Assembly (NCBI GenBank): GCA_002633005.1
Contig: NMRA01000165.1
Location: 223,958 to 287,957, forward strand
Direction of reading: 5' to 3'
Length of the DNA stretch: 64,000 bases
Source of the DNA: Phoronis australis
Lineage: Eukaryota > Animalia > Phoronida
Part shown: positions 24,947-38,082 of the stretch, piece by piece
Position numbering within the stretch: the stretch's first letter is position 1
Layout of the letters: every line of letters starts with the position of its first letter
Made by a program: the position numbers and the translations under genes
The notes under the pieces: model-generated
The model's input: only the letters and a program-made list of their open reading frames with translations
Told to the model about the DNA's origin: nothing
The model's database searches: none

Positions 24947-26812
24947 ATGGCTCGCGTTACAGCCACAAAAGGTAGGGATACCAGCGTGCTGTTGTTATTA
25001 ATCACTGGTTGTGTAATATCAGGACTGATAATCTGCAATCTACTCACGATAGACAATAACATAGTGTTACCATCGGATGTAGTGTCTGTGTCGTTGATTA
25101 TTTTGCTACTCAGTGTCACCACCATGATGATCGTCATCTACTGCAAGCGTCATGACAACGCGTTCGTTGTTTACGTAACTGAAAACGACGGAAACGCGAA
25201 TACTCTACAGAAGATAAAGGACATGTTTCCAGTGATTGGTCTCTATATATTTGGTACGGGAACAGTTATACTTGATGTGTTATCTATTGCTTTTGAAATT
25301 GAATGTGCTCCTTTCGTGGGTCGCAGCGGCAATGAATCCGGTTTGTCAAACTCCTGGCATGGGAATGTGGTGCTGTCGTGGAGATATTTCGTATCTTCTC
25401 TGCTTTTTCACCTCTGCAAAATAGTGTTTTTCGTAATTCAAATGGCGTTCCTGCTTCAGTTTTCGTCAGCTATATTTTTACGCCCAGTGCCTACTCGCCT
25501 CATAACTTCAATGTGTATATGCGCGAACTGTGCAGTGTGGGTCGCCAGCTACTTTGAAGAAATGAAGGAGGTTAACAAAGTGTTTGGCGATGTTGAAACC
25601 AAAAGTAGCGCTTTATTTCGAACAGACAATTATTCTTATCGTGACAGGCAACTTAACTACAATAATTGTTTAAACAAAAATACGACACTCGGCAAAACCG
25701 TCGACAACGCCGCAACTTATCTTTATCCATTTAACATGGAATATTCACTGATCGCCATTGGAATTCTGTACCATTTGTGGGCAACCGCCAGAGCAGACGA
25801 CGCACACAGGATACGTGCAGGAACTCCACATGCAGTTGTTGAAGCTGCTGGCCACGATCCTGAAGATCGAGGAGATCCCACTGCGGAAGCGCCTGAAAAC
25901 TGCGGTAACCGCGAGAATGATGATATCTCGATAGTTGAAATCATCCAGAATGGCGATGAAGTCGACGATAGTGCAACTGAGACTAAAATGGTAGTACGAT
26001 CTGATAGTTGTCAAAATCTTTCTGTTGACAGAGCGAATGCTAGCGTGAACAGTGTCGTACAGGATGGGGGTTATGTCCAATTTGGTGGGAATTCGGAGAC
26101 CAGCGCGCTCCTAGTTAGCAATACAACGCAACGACCAAACCGAACAGGCATTCTCTTCAACCTCGGCTATGTGTACATTATTTTGAATTTTGTTATTGAA
26201 ATTCTTCTGTACGACAAAGACATCTTCAGTACAATTCTTTACGTGCATTACGGGTTTCAGAGTTTGTTTTATCTGTTGTTAATATTGGTTTCTATTAAAT
26301 GCATTTCCATTATTCGAAAATTGGAAGTAACGGAGCATGCGTATGACGAAGAGGATCTATTTCTGTTGTTGTCTGCTGGCGGAACTCTTATGTTCGGCAC
26401 GCTAACTGCGCTAGCGGGTTGGAATATGATTGCAGAAGGGTACAGTACTGAACATTTGAGTAACAAAATATCTGGCCCAGTAATATGGATTGTCACTTTT
26501 GACGCGATGACAAATTTCGTGCAAGTTATCGCCCAAAGTCGTCTTATCATCAGAATTATGCGTGTCAAACCCAGCGATGACATGTCAGACCGAGACAGGA
26601 AGTTTCTGTTCAATGGTGTTATGTTTTTGTTAATGTCCAATTTAGCACTGTGGGCATTGGATAGTTTTGTTGAGCTACAGTCTGTCGACTCATTTCCCTT
26701 GCAGCTCAAATATTATGGAACAAACTGGAAGATCATAGTCTTACTCACATATCCAGTTGCTATCTTTTACCGCTTCCATAGTGTCGGTATACTTATCAAA
26801 AACATCCATTGA
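24947..26812 (+). CDS. Otopetrin-family proton channel (OtopLc-like), single-exon, 621 aa
   Basis: Uninterrupted ORF with two multi-TM halves separated by a hydrophilic loop. Otopetrin motifs: YLYPFNMEYSLIA, FLLMSNLALWALDSF and YPVAIFYRFHS. Confidence 0.9.
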   Translation: MARVTATKGRDTSVLLLLITGCVISGLIICNLLTIDNNIVLPSDVVSVSLIILLLSVTTMMIVIYCKRHDNAFVVYVTENDGNANTLQKIKDMFPVIGLYIFGTGTVILDVLSIAFEIECAPFVGRSGNESGLSNSWHGNVVLSWRYFVSSLLFHLCKIVFFVIQMAFLLQFSSAIFLRPVPTRLITSMCICANCAVWVASYFEEMKEVNKVFGDVETKSSALFRTDNYSYRDRQLNYNNCLNKNTTLGKTVDNAATYLYPFNMEYSLIAIGILYHLWATARADDAHRIRAGTPHAVVEAAGHDPEDRGDPTAEAPENCGNRENDDISIVEIIQNGDEVDDSATETKMVVRSDSCQNLSVDRANASVNSVVQDGGYVQFGGNSETSALLVSNTTQRPNRTGILFNLGYVYIILNFVIEILLYDKDIFSTILYVHYGFQSLFYLLLILVSIKCISIIRKLEVTEHAYDEEDLFLLLSAGGTLMFGTLTALAGWNMIAEGYSTEHLSNKISGPVIWIVTFDAMTNFVQVIAQSRLIIRIMRVKPSDDMSDRDRKFLFNGVMFLLMSNLALWALDSFVELQSVDSFPLQLKYYGTNWKIIVLLTYPVAIFYRFHSVGILIKNIH

Positions 26813-26989
26813 TTATAAACTTAGCAGTGCTTGATTGGTTGCATTTTTATTTTAAGTAGACTATACCAAAAGGCCTGAATTAAAAGTTTGTTTTTCCACT
26901 CCGGCGACCGACATGATGTTATGTGCGCGACTAAGTAAGTAAGTAAGTAATTTTTTATTATAGTGACATGTGTTCAAATGAATTTAAAC

Positions 26990-27470
26990 AATGAATACGT
27001 TACAAAGACTAGGAACAACCAGCCCTCCACGGGGCTTATAAGTCACTTTAGATACATGATACAAAAAAGAAAATACAAGTGTACACGCATTGCAAGAGGA
27101 CCAGAAAGAGAAGGCCGAGATAAAAGTGATCATAAATAAATATAATTTTTCCTTACTTCAAAAATATTTTTGATGAAAACTGAAGTTTTTCTAATAACAT
27201 CTTTTTGCATGATTGTAATTAATTTACTTTCACAGCTTTCTGCACGGAATCGTGGATATTTAATCTCAACTTGACAATAAAAGGTGTTTCTGGCATCTAA
27301 GAAAAACGGACACTCAAACAGAAAATGTAGTTCAGTTTCGAACTGACCAGTGTGACAAAGACAGCAAATTCCTTCATCAAAATCTAGAGAACGAAAACGC
27401 CCAACCTCAACCAATAGCTGTAGGGTTCCGGTTCTAATTTGAGCAAGAATTGACCTAGTTGCGTTATTGG
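26990..27470 (-). mobile_element. LINE 3' fragment (RTE-X-like C-terminal Cys/His region)
   Basis: ILAQIRTGTLQLLVEVGRF...ICCLC...ETELHFLFECPFF, followed by 3' UTR. Confidence 0.7.
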
Positions 27471-28892
27471 CCTCGACTGACAGTGCATTCTAAGACATTC
27501 TGTCTGTTAGTCCTTACTATGTTTAGAATTTCCGTGAGTCACTTGGTGTATTTCACTGTCACTCTTGTTATTGATGAACGTTCACCGCGTTGTATATTTT
27601 GCGTTTTTCACACATATGATTGATCGAAAATTCTTGACCTTCGTCTATAGTTGTGATTAAAAACTAATCTACCGATTACGGAAAGTGATACTTTATTTTC
27701 TGGCTGTTTAAGTTGTAGGACTAATGAAACTCATTTGGAGAGCCGGTGTGAGATTGTTTTTAGCAAAGTGGCTAATGGTAATCATTTGACTTTAATTGGT
27801 TAAGAACACGATAGAAAAGCAAGCAGTGTGATTTTTTAAACTTTGCCCTTATTCTCATTGACAGGCTTAAGCGATTTTTCTCCAAGACTAAATTGGAATG
27901 ATTATTTTGTTTGTTTTTAAAAGAAGTATGTCATGCATCGTCATTTTTCGGTGAGAAGGGTTCATAGATACCTATTGTCATAGACGCGTTATTGTTTTAA
28001 TTACTTAACTCGTGCAACTGGGCCTAGTTGCATGAAACAATCCAAAATGGGAACTCAACTAAGGTCCCTAAATCTAATGCGTATTTGTGGACTTTTGAAA
28101 ACACTGTCTGATTGTCCTTTCTTATGCTGTTTTAGTTTCATTACTAATTAAATTTTTAGCTTTCTTACAAATCGAGTGTGACATCTACCTTGAATGCTCA
28201 ACATGACTGAAAATAATTAGTGATCTGTTCATGCAACCCCCCTAATGAAGGACTAAGTCCTATTGATTCTGATTGAACGAAGCGCTTATAATTTTTAGTT
28301 ATATTTTTGAGAATGTCAGCAGTCAAAGAGGAGCGCGTAATTAAGATCAAATGACAGAAGATTGGATTTGTGAGTAAAGAATGACACAAATACGCAAAAG
28401 ATTTAAAATTTTTAGTAGTAGTTAACTTTTGTTAAGTCTATCATTATGTTTTATTTTAAGCTTTAGCTTTATATGGTCAACTTTTGTGCTGTACTGTTAC
28501 ACGTATTCGCAGTACTTCAGCAATAAAGTTTATCATATCACTCCATACCCAAATGTTTCTATCGAGTACCCACCAAGCAGTTGCCCAGGTACATGTTGCA
28601 AAGTAGCATGCATGTGGTTGACTTGAGGTTATGGGTTCATGACGAGGTGATTGACGTCGAAATCTTCAAATGTGGTTTGATTACTACTAAAAACAGTGAG
28701 GCGAATGATATTCCACTGGATGACATGAATAACCAACTTCGATTAATAAGTTTGTGTGCATTTATCAAAAAGATTCACCGAACAGGCATTTCATTACTTA
28801 ATACTCACGGAGTGCCATAATCATGACTGACAAAAGTAACAACACTTGCAAATGCTAAATTTATTACTAAACGGCAACGGCAAAAGGCAACG

Positions 28893-29210
28893 GCAGCTTG
28901 GCCCGTGCCGACCACGTGGCTTTCCGTCGGACCTCGGAGGCACCGCGGCTGCCACCGCTTGGCTCGTCCCGGCCACGAGGCCTACTTGCCTCAGCCGCGC
29001 TGCCTCCGTCAACTTGGCCCTTCCCGGCAACGTGGCCTACGGGAATCGACCGCGCTGGCTCCGGCAGTTTGGCTCGTCCCGGCCACGAAGGCTACGGGCC
29101 TCGACCGCGCTGCCTCAGGCAGCTTAATTGGCCCGTCCCAGCCACGTGGCCCTACGCCGGGCCTCGGCCGCGCTGCCTCCGCCGCCAGCTTGCCGGCCCG
29201 TAGGCCTACC
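28893..29210 (+). repeat. GC-rich minisatellite, unit about 55 bp, 5-6 copies; further units at 29600-29720
   Basis: Recurring ttggcYcgtcccggccacgWggcctac...ctcgRccgcgctgcctc. Confidence 0.85.
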
Positions 29211-30079
29211 GCTCAGTGCTGTAGTGGGGCGTAAGCGCACGTAGTTGCAGCCAACCACCTTTTTGCTTTTTAACGTAGCACCTACCCACGTTAAGTTACG
29301 GTATAGTGGGGCGTAAGCTCATGTAATTGCAGCCAACCACCTTTGTATGTGTTATCGTAGCAACCACCTTTTTACATTTTAACGTAGCGTCTACGCGCCG
29401 TAAGTGACGGATAGTGGGACGTAGTCTCGATACGATAGCTTACGGCATCAATACGCTAGTAGGGCCTACTACGCTGACGACAGCATTGTTGATGAACATT
29501 TTGCCGGGCGCGGGTGACCTACAGGCATATGGGCGGCGCAGCACTGAAAAAAGTGGGGGGCTAAAGCCCCTCAGCTCCCCTGTGGTGCACCGCCTATACT
29601 AGGACCATGTGCAGCGTGGCCGACGGGCTTCGGCCGCGTCTCCTTCGGCAGCTTGGCCTGCCCCGCCCACGTGATTTGCGGGCCTCGGATACGCTGCCTT
29701 CTAAATTGGCGACGGCCTCCTTAATGTTTCCTATTGATCCTTTTGGTTTCCAAATGTCGGGTTTGTGAAAATAACTAAAGCCCAAGTTTTTACCATTAAA
29801 AACAAATACTCAAAAACAATTAATTTGAGTTTTTCATTTAGTGAACTTACGTGTTAAAAAAAAACGAAAATTGATAACGTTGCCCCTAATGATTTATGTA
29901 TGAATACAAGATCCATATATAAGCCTTGGAATTCCAAATGTTGCGCTCGTATTATAAAAACAAAAATGGGATGTTTTCGCATTGAAAAGAAACATGTAAA
30001 ACTAAATCACTAAATAAGGTCTTCGTCAACATAAATAAATACAAGACTGTGACGAGCAAGAAAAGTGGAAATTAGTCAC

Positions 30080-30080
<1 letters not shown>

Positions 30081-30123
<43 letters not shown>

Positions 30124-30159
30124 CGCGCGCGTTTATACAAAGACACACACACACACACA
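30081..30159. repeat. Compound microsatellite (GT)n(GC)n...(AC)n; second (GT)n/(GTTTGT)n tract at 30353-30405
   Basis: Read directly in the sequence. Confidence 0.95.
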
Positions 30160-32094
30160 TATGCCATGTTCGTATCATATTGTATACTTCAATTCAAAAT
30201 TGATCGTTTTCGACAAAAACTGCTTCATATCTGTACTCTGGGTAGTCTATATGCAAATGTTCGTTCGGAAATCTCCAATAATGAGAACTATTCTAATGGG
30301 CCCCCTAATCATGAAAAAATGCGGTCCCCTTAATGTAGAATATAGACTTATATGTGTGTGTGTGTGTGTGTGTGTTTGTGTTTGTGTTTGTGTGTGTTTG
30401 TTTGTGCCATAATCGTGCAACCACAACTACAATACTACTAAGAGAATAATTTTCTGATGCCGGTTGATAATACTTCCAGAACTACTAACAACACAACAGT
30501 ACCTGTTTCAAAACACACATGGAACAATTTCACACATTAGTTTTCATCACACAGAGTCTTAACAAGAATAGTTTTCTTGGAATGCTAAAGCGATATAATC
30601 TGTTAGGACTACTTATTGGGATCACGGAAGTTGCTTCCAAGTCAGCAAAATAGGAAAAGAAATGGTGCTGACTTTCTTAGCCTAACAGCAATGCTACGAG
30701 TGATCACCAACAATAGTGGTGGTGAACAATCCCATGAATGATCACCAACAATAGGGGTGGTGAACAATTCTAATGGTCTTTCATGAACAATCCTAATGTC
30801 ATAATAGAACTGACTAGAACAGTGATGACATGGCAAAGTATACACCAACATTCTTACTACACTTAAAGCAATAGCTCCTGAGCACAGGGTGTGTAACGAT
30901 TGTAAGAATTGATATATTTTCTAAATTTCAAATAAAGCGGATTATATATCTTCTTCACTACACAAGTGGGCGTATGTGACCTACAGTATGTTTACACTTT
31001 GGAAAGCAGACAAAGTGATTTTTAAGGATACGAAAATGTTTCAAAGTGATTTTTATGAATTCGTAATTTTTTGTTTGAACTTAACAAAGGATGAAGGCTG
31101 TGATGACAGCAAATTGTATCGTTGAAGCTCACCCTGATAAATAGTTCAAATAATGCGATTTTTATCATAACACTTTCATTGTGTAGTCTCAGCAAACTTT
31201 AAAACAACAGCAACATCAATCAAAATAAATGCTCTGAAATATAATGCTGATTAAAGTGACATCAAAATATACAAAATTGAAAGTACTCATACCAAAATAA
31301 TGTAGAATTAAGTTCCTGAACAAACACTCCAAATAAGTGCGATGTGTACAAACCTTATCAAAATGCACTGTGGCAGGAATACGAAAACAATATTTCAAGT
31401 TTGACAGAACCATGGCAACCGACAGCCTATTCCTTCGTCGTGATCTGTGAAGTCATATCTGGAACACAAAACAAAATTACAACCCGCGTTTACGTAAGGG
31501 AGGACTGTAATAAGAAACACTTTATGGTTTACGCTCTAGATCGACTATATGAAATATCAACAAAAACGACAGTTCTCTATTTCTCAAGACCATGCTTGGC
31601 AAATAAAATGACATGCTGTTACAAGTCAAGTTACCGGTATATATATATAGAGAGAGAGAGCTTAGTCTCAACCAAAAACCCATCATCACTTAATTCCAAA
31701 GTCCAAAACTCACATTTTGACTAAGTAAGTTGTCTAAATGGAAGGCGGGCCTATACAGTTTAGACAACTAAAACCACTTAAATAAATGAATGAAGATCAG
31801 AAGAAAATTACGAGATTCATAATGTCCAAAAGCCTAACTATGCTATAATTGGCACTTCCAATCAAAATCATCTCAAAAGGATTGTGCATTCCAATAACAA
31901 ATAGTGGGTTCAATTCCGAACATAGCTTCAGAATAATTGCGTCAGACTGAACATGTTTCCATAGACCAGATGTTAGGGTGAGGTGGCAAATGACGGCTTA
32001 ACACAAAAGCAGGCCAAAAATTTAATTTTGATCAGAAGTGCACTCAGTTTACAAACAGAATTACTTTTAAGTTTTGACAGTAAAACGACATCTT

Positions 32095-32216
32095 CATGCG
32101 CGCACCCAGCCTTCAATATGGGGGGTGCGTTTAGTGGACTTTTGTCTCATTTTCTCGGACTTTATATTTCGCAGGCGGACCTTTTTCCGAGCTCCCCCCC
32201 CCTGGGTGCGCGCATG
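32095..32216. mobile_element. MITE, CATGCGCGCA-TIR family (short copy)
   Basis: catgcgcgcacccag...ctgggtgcgcgcatg, with TSD atctt/atttt (1 mismatch). Confidence 0.8.
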
Positions 32217-35164
32217 ATTTTGCATCATTTTTAATGCTAAAATATTTACCTGCTTCAATAAGCGGAACATGTATGTATCAATAATAACCTGGAAATAAGA
32301 ATATAGAGCTACGAAATAATATTGCAATGTGGTTACTAGCTTAATTGAAATGAATAAGAATCATAAGTCTTCTTGTATACCATTTGAGGGTCACGTCATG
32401 TGACCAGCAGAGAAGTATGGAAAGATCTCTGTCCCAAATGGGGCTCCAACTCGGGACTTTCTGTTAACCAAGTAGAGGCACTAGTCCACTTAGCTATTGA
32501 GACCAGCGGGAATCCAATCAGACGTCTTACCAAAGCTTATGCTGCTATAAATCAGTTCGTTGAAATAGTATAAGGAAGAATCATTACTTATACTGTATCA
32601 ATGCGTTGATTTATAACAGCACAATTACACCAATTAAAAACATTTTCCTTCCGTACATGAATAAACATAAGCCATTTCAAGAAGTCAGAAACTGTCCAAA
32701 CTTTGGAGATGTGTAACAAATGTTTTCAAATGAACTTTTGGACCAGAAATTTTAAAGTTTATTGCAAAAAATATGAGAACAAAGTGGTACAAACTGTTTA
32801 TACTGAAATTTAAATACATACCTCCATCATTTTGTTAATGAGTGGCACCAAGGTTGATGCCCTAACAGGTGAGACTCAGGTGACATCTTTAAACTTCTTG
32901 TTACCCATAAATACATTCATTATATCTACATAACGACTGAAATGAGTAAATAGCATCTTAATGGATGTAAATTATAATTAAAAGGATAACTCAATTGCAA
33001 CTGTATTTCATCTCCTTTCAATCAATTTTTGAATTAATAAGCTGAAAACAAGTTGCATTTGTTAAAAATATCAACAAATATATTTAAGATGAAACAACTA
33101 AGGCAGATTTCCAAGATCTTTTCAAACAAGTCAGACATGTGTTATTGGCAAATCAGACCAACGACTCAGTGGTGTCAAGAACATTAAAAGGGCTACTGTG
33201 CCTAAAATAAATGTTAAAGGCGAAAAATGAAGTTATTCTTATAGCTTTTAACATAGTGAAGGTTCAATGGTTTACAAAAAGAACTGATGAAGTTACATAT
33301 AAATACTTCACTTTAATATAGAGGATGGTGTTCTAATTAAACGCCGAAACATCAAGCTGTTTTAAATCCATCGTTGTTTTTATTAAGTTATGTTAACACT
33401 TTTAATATGAAGACATATCACTGAAAACAAAAACTAGAATATTAGCGTTTTTCTACAAGGTTCATCTGTAAGAATTAAAAAAAAAATCGGTTTATCCGTT
33501 GCTAAAAAATTACCTGTAAAAAGTGGCTCACTTTTTAGGACACCTGAGTATCTCTGAAGTCATCAATTGTATCTGAAATTGATAAGACCAAATAAAATTA
33601 AGCTACCTCTTGTCACGGTATTCGATGCCATGCTAATCAATAACTTATAGACTCTTCGGAAAACAAGGGTTGGGCGAGGCCCGCCGGGGGACTCAGTTCC
33701 AACGATCCCCCGTCACTAACTGTAATTAAAATTGACTTGAGGCTGGAGCCTAAAACCAAGGAGTGTAGTACATTCCTTGCTCAAACCCCAGACAGCCCGC
33801 CAAATCTAAAAGTGCGCGGCTTTTTATACACCAAGAGAATGCGCGTGAAGACGAGTCCAGAACATGGGTGACATAATGGAACACCCCTCAGTCACCTAGG
33901 CTGAGCCAGTCAACTATAAGAAACTGGCCCGAAACTGTAACTCTATATTTCACAAAGAGAGGACGCGACCGTCACATGCGTATCGGAGAGTTACTCCCCC
34001 TGCATAATTGGGTATTCCTTAAATTAATATAAAACATTCAGCGTGATAAAAAAATGAAGAGAACGTTAACACGTTACATGTATTAAATCTCTTGTATCGC
34101 AATTGTTTGTTTACTTTGCTGCAACATTTGCTATAACAAGGAAGTTCGTGTGTGTTTTATGTTGTAATTGGTCCAAGCGACCTCGCCACATCAATTTTCG
34201 TGACTTCCTCCTGTCCTGTCAGGCGATTGCGTTGCAGGTTTGTTCGCACTGTTCACCAATGCAGTGACCTACAGTGTATATATTCTCTGCACTAAGCATT
34301 TTTACTGATAATACTGGATCTGAGATGTCCAAGTTAACGGACAGTGACGAGAACCAGTTACACTCACTGAAACGCCCGTCAGTGACAGTGACTGGCAGTG
34401 TCAGTCACTCAGTGACTGGTCGTCACTTGTCGACTCATTCCTCATGGCATGCATCGAAATTTGGCCCGTATGGCGTATCGGAATGACGTCATTGCTCCGA
34501 TCCAAATTGGGGGTATTTTTTACAATCCGACTCCATTAACATACATACTTGATATTAATATTTCCGGAATCCTCTCGCCATAGTTTATAGTTATGGTCAT
34601 TCAAAAAATGTATTACTCGTGCATTCTCTGTTTTTACGAGGTGTTCATTTGCGGCAGCCGATCTCGAGTAACTGCTATTAATTATAAAACTGTGATACCT
34701 CTTGACAGGAATGATAACTACAATGATCACGCATGTGTCAGAAGACCCCAAAATTGGCTAGTAAAGAGTTGAAGATACCGTGCGGCAATTAGGGAAACTG
34801 TGTAAAAAACAGTAATAATGGTTTATAAAGGATTGCCTCTTCAAAGCTTCTTCTTTAGAAAAAAAAACAAGAGTGCGTGTTCTCACGGATAAATGTTGTC
34901 CTTGAAAACACTTTACATCTCGCAGACATGATTTGGGCTCGTGTTATGGTGGACATGTGTTGTCTCAGAGACCAAAATTGTTTCAAACAAGTGCAATTAG
35001 GTAATAAGATAACTAATATCACTGGCAGGCTAAAATACGCTAACACAGAAACACATTCTGCATCGAACCAACTTCACTCTAGGTTAACTGTTAGTTATCA
35101 TTTCTGCCAAAAGGTGTCCCACTTTTAAAAATAGCTGCCTTACTAAATCCATTGTCAGATTGTA

Positions 35165-35680
35165 ACAATAAAACAAATTGCACAAATAAAAAAGTTCATG
35201 TTCAATTCAACGTTTCGTCTTTTCGTTAGACATCATCAGGATCTATTTACAACAATTTAGGACAACAGGTGCCAACATACAGCTCAAGTAACATCCATAG
35301 AGTGAAGTGAGAGATACATAGAATATAGTCAGTAGCTGGTCATCACCATAGTTACAGGGTCACAGAGCTCTGCATGTTATTCAGAGAATCAGTGGCATGC
35401 TGGTTCTGAATGGCCAATGACTATTTAATGTACAGTAACTCCTTATTAGGTTCTCTGCAGATAACACTAAGTTGAACAGAGTTGGCTTGGTGATTGTAGC
35501 TAATACAATGCCTATGTATGTTACTTTTCTCTGAGGTGTGATGTTCTTTCAACCTGTCAGAGAGGCGTCTCTGTGCGAGTCCTATATAGAATTCCTTACA
35601 GTTGTCACATTCAACCTTATACACAACATTGCTCTTGTTCAATAAAGCGATCGTCCGGTTTTTCATTCTGTATATGAAAT
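35165..35680 (-). mobile_element. Penelope-like element 3' fragment (GIY-YIG endonuclease)
   Basis: SNVVYKVECDNCKEFYIGLAQRRLSDRLKEH...HC, followed by a pLTR-like region containing a hammerhead motif. Confidence 0.85.
35205..35245 (-). ncRNA. Minimal type I hammerhead ribozyme motif (Penelope-associated)
   Basis: The minus strand reads gatc CTGATGA t gtc taacgaaaa gac GAAA cgttg: both core boxes, a short stem II and a palindromic AACGTT stem III. Confidence 0.65.
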
Positions 35681-37859
35681 TGATGACTGAACACAATTGC
35701 ATATGGTTAAGTTCAAACAGAAATCTGCAGAAGGTTATGGGGCGGTCACCCATCTTAACAGCCATGCCAAGAGGAGGCAGCACAGACGTGGGACCTGTCT
35801 AAGTCAGTCACTTTCCAAAGTTTTTTGTGTATCCAGCTGCTAGGTTGAATGCAAAGCTACATTCACTTAAAGGCAGTACTGAATGCTCACAATACATAGC
35901 ATTAGTGAACTTCTTCCTCAGGCTCCAGTATTCACACTCCATGTCAATAGTGCGCTCATCATTCTATAGATGCCTGTCCCGGTACGTCTCAGGTGATAGT
36001 AAACCAAGTCGATACATACCGGCAATATACTAGTAAGACACTTAAACCAGACTTGATATAAGGAGCTGCAAGTCACATTTGTCACTTGAAATTTTGAATT
36101 GTGAGCTTAAATTTTGGCCAACTCACATTAATCGTGCCTGTGTGACTTTGGCATACTACTGAACTGAGTTGAATCACCAGAAAGCACCCCTGTAACATTT
36201 TAAATTTTTGTCAGTTGGGAAACGCACAGGTGCCACAACACTGAAAGTATCTTGTTCCACTAATGTTGGCTGTCAAAGCTTTGCGACCTGGGATCTGTGT
36301 ATGTAAGCTGAATTTTGGAATTGCGAACTGGGATTTTGGCCAGGTCGCAAATGATGTCCTGGTAATTTTCATTCTGTTAAGAGTTGCTAAATTTGGCAAA
36401 TAGTGCCTCAACCTCACTCTGGTTTAAGTTAGGCTCAACCATTAAAGTACTTTTGAGTGATAGGGTCCAGGATGCCTTTGGATGCTGTCAATGTCTTCTT
36501 TCTAATTTGAACAAATACTCAAAGAGGTCACCCCAGCATCTGCCAGCCATGCTGAGTGGATGTAGTGAAGAGCGGCAGATGAGACCTGTCTTTTTGTTAC
36601 CTAATCCTATTTGCTACATTTGCCAATACAATAACAAGTTTCCCGTGACTGAATGTCAAAACACAACTAGGAAACGATGTTGGTAAAAAAGAGATGAAAT
36701 AATTTAGAGCTTTCCGTATATGGACACTGAAACTCAATTTTTGTTTTCGTTTCACAACAAAATTTCTACCAAAATGTTGAGTGCTTGATATTTATCCCCC
36801 CAATTTAAGGACCCTGGGCTTTAATCATACAAGTACGGTAACAAGTATGTGACGTTGATGACTTAGTCGTAGCGAGGTATAATTTGTCAGAAAAGCTTCT
36901 GGGCTATATAGAGATTTATTGTGAGGATGTGTATCAGTCTTAAAGTATACTGCTAGCTTGAGACGGTGAATCTGTCTACTGTGTACACTGGTCCCTTGTC
37001 TATGGCACAACCCTTAGAGTTGCTGCCATACTTCATCAAATACTCAGGATGTCATCATTTCTCCGCTCTAGGTTACAATCTTTGCCATCCAAATAGTTCT
37101 ACTATTGTAGAACTGTTAAATGTGCTCAGAGCTATCTAGATAGGGGTTACGATTAAGCCCTGTTACAGCCTGCCTGGTTTATGGCGCTCCATTCTGCCAG
37201 CTGTCTGTACTATACACGCGTAAGCTGGTTTGGTTTCAGCTAACATCAATAGAAATAACCTTGGGAGGATCATTGTAACATTGGTAATATGATGCCAATA
37301 TTTGATCGAACGCCGAAGGGTCGGACATGGAATTTGGGCATTCTCTTAACATGTGTGGTTGAACATTCAAGTGTATGGATCCTACTCATGGAAAACTGCC
37401 ACAATGTTTTCATGCATCAAAAATGTGAGGAAAACGAAACAGACAAACTGTTTGTGGCAAACGTGTGAGAAGTGACATAAAGTAAAAAATTGTTGAAAGT
37501 TTATGCAATATATGGTTGGTAAATAGTGACTGTAGATGGCAGCACATTGGGGTAGCAGGATGTAGCTGACCATTGGTCTAATTAAGTCACATGATTATAA
37601 CTTCTGAGTTCTTGTGATGTCATTTCATGATGTCATCCATTTATTTCAGTTGATAAACAGTTGCTATATTGGTTTTGATGGTGTCTTCAATCTACTGATT
37701 CACTTTTGGCTTGAGCTTAACTTTGTGAACGGATAATCTTGACTCCAGTAAGGATCAGATGGCCATTTGCAAAACCGTATTTAGTTGATTGCGTTAGTAG
37801 TTAAAACTTTTTGTTTGTATAAATCATTTGTTACATCTGTGTGTTGTTCTCACAGTTTG

Positions 37860-38082
37860 ATGCCTTCCTATGACAGGATGTTAGCTCAAGCTCAAGGCAG
37901 ATTCAACCAACTGGACTTGACTGGTAAGCTGATCATCAAGGTGCAGCTAGGTGAAGACATCCGTCGTATTCCTATACACAATGAAGATATTACTTATGAT
38001 GAACTAATGCTTATGATGCAGAGGGTGTTCAGGGGAGACATCAACACTGAAGACGATTTAGTTATTAAATATAAAGACGAAG
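37860..38082 (+). CDS. TFG: TFG coding exon 1 (PB1 domain); alternative start at 37878
   Basis: [43 protein letters not shown] is nearly identical to the TFG N-terminus. cacag acceptor at 37855, donor G|gtgag. Confidence 0.96.

Noticed and set aside
28821-29234. Several overlapping Arg/Pro/Ala-rich ORFs
   Set aside because: They are by-products of the GC-rich tandem repeat.
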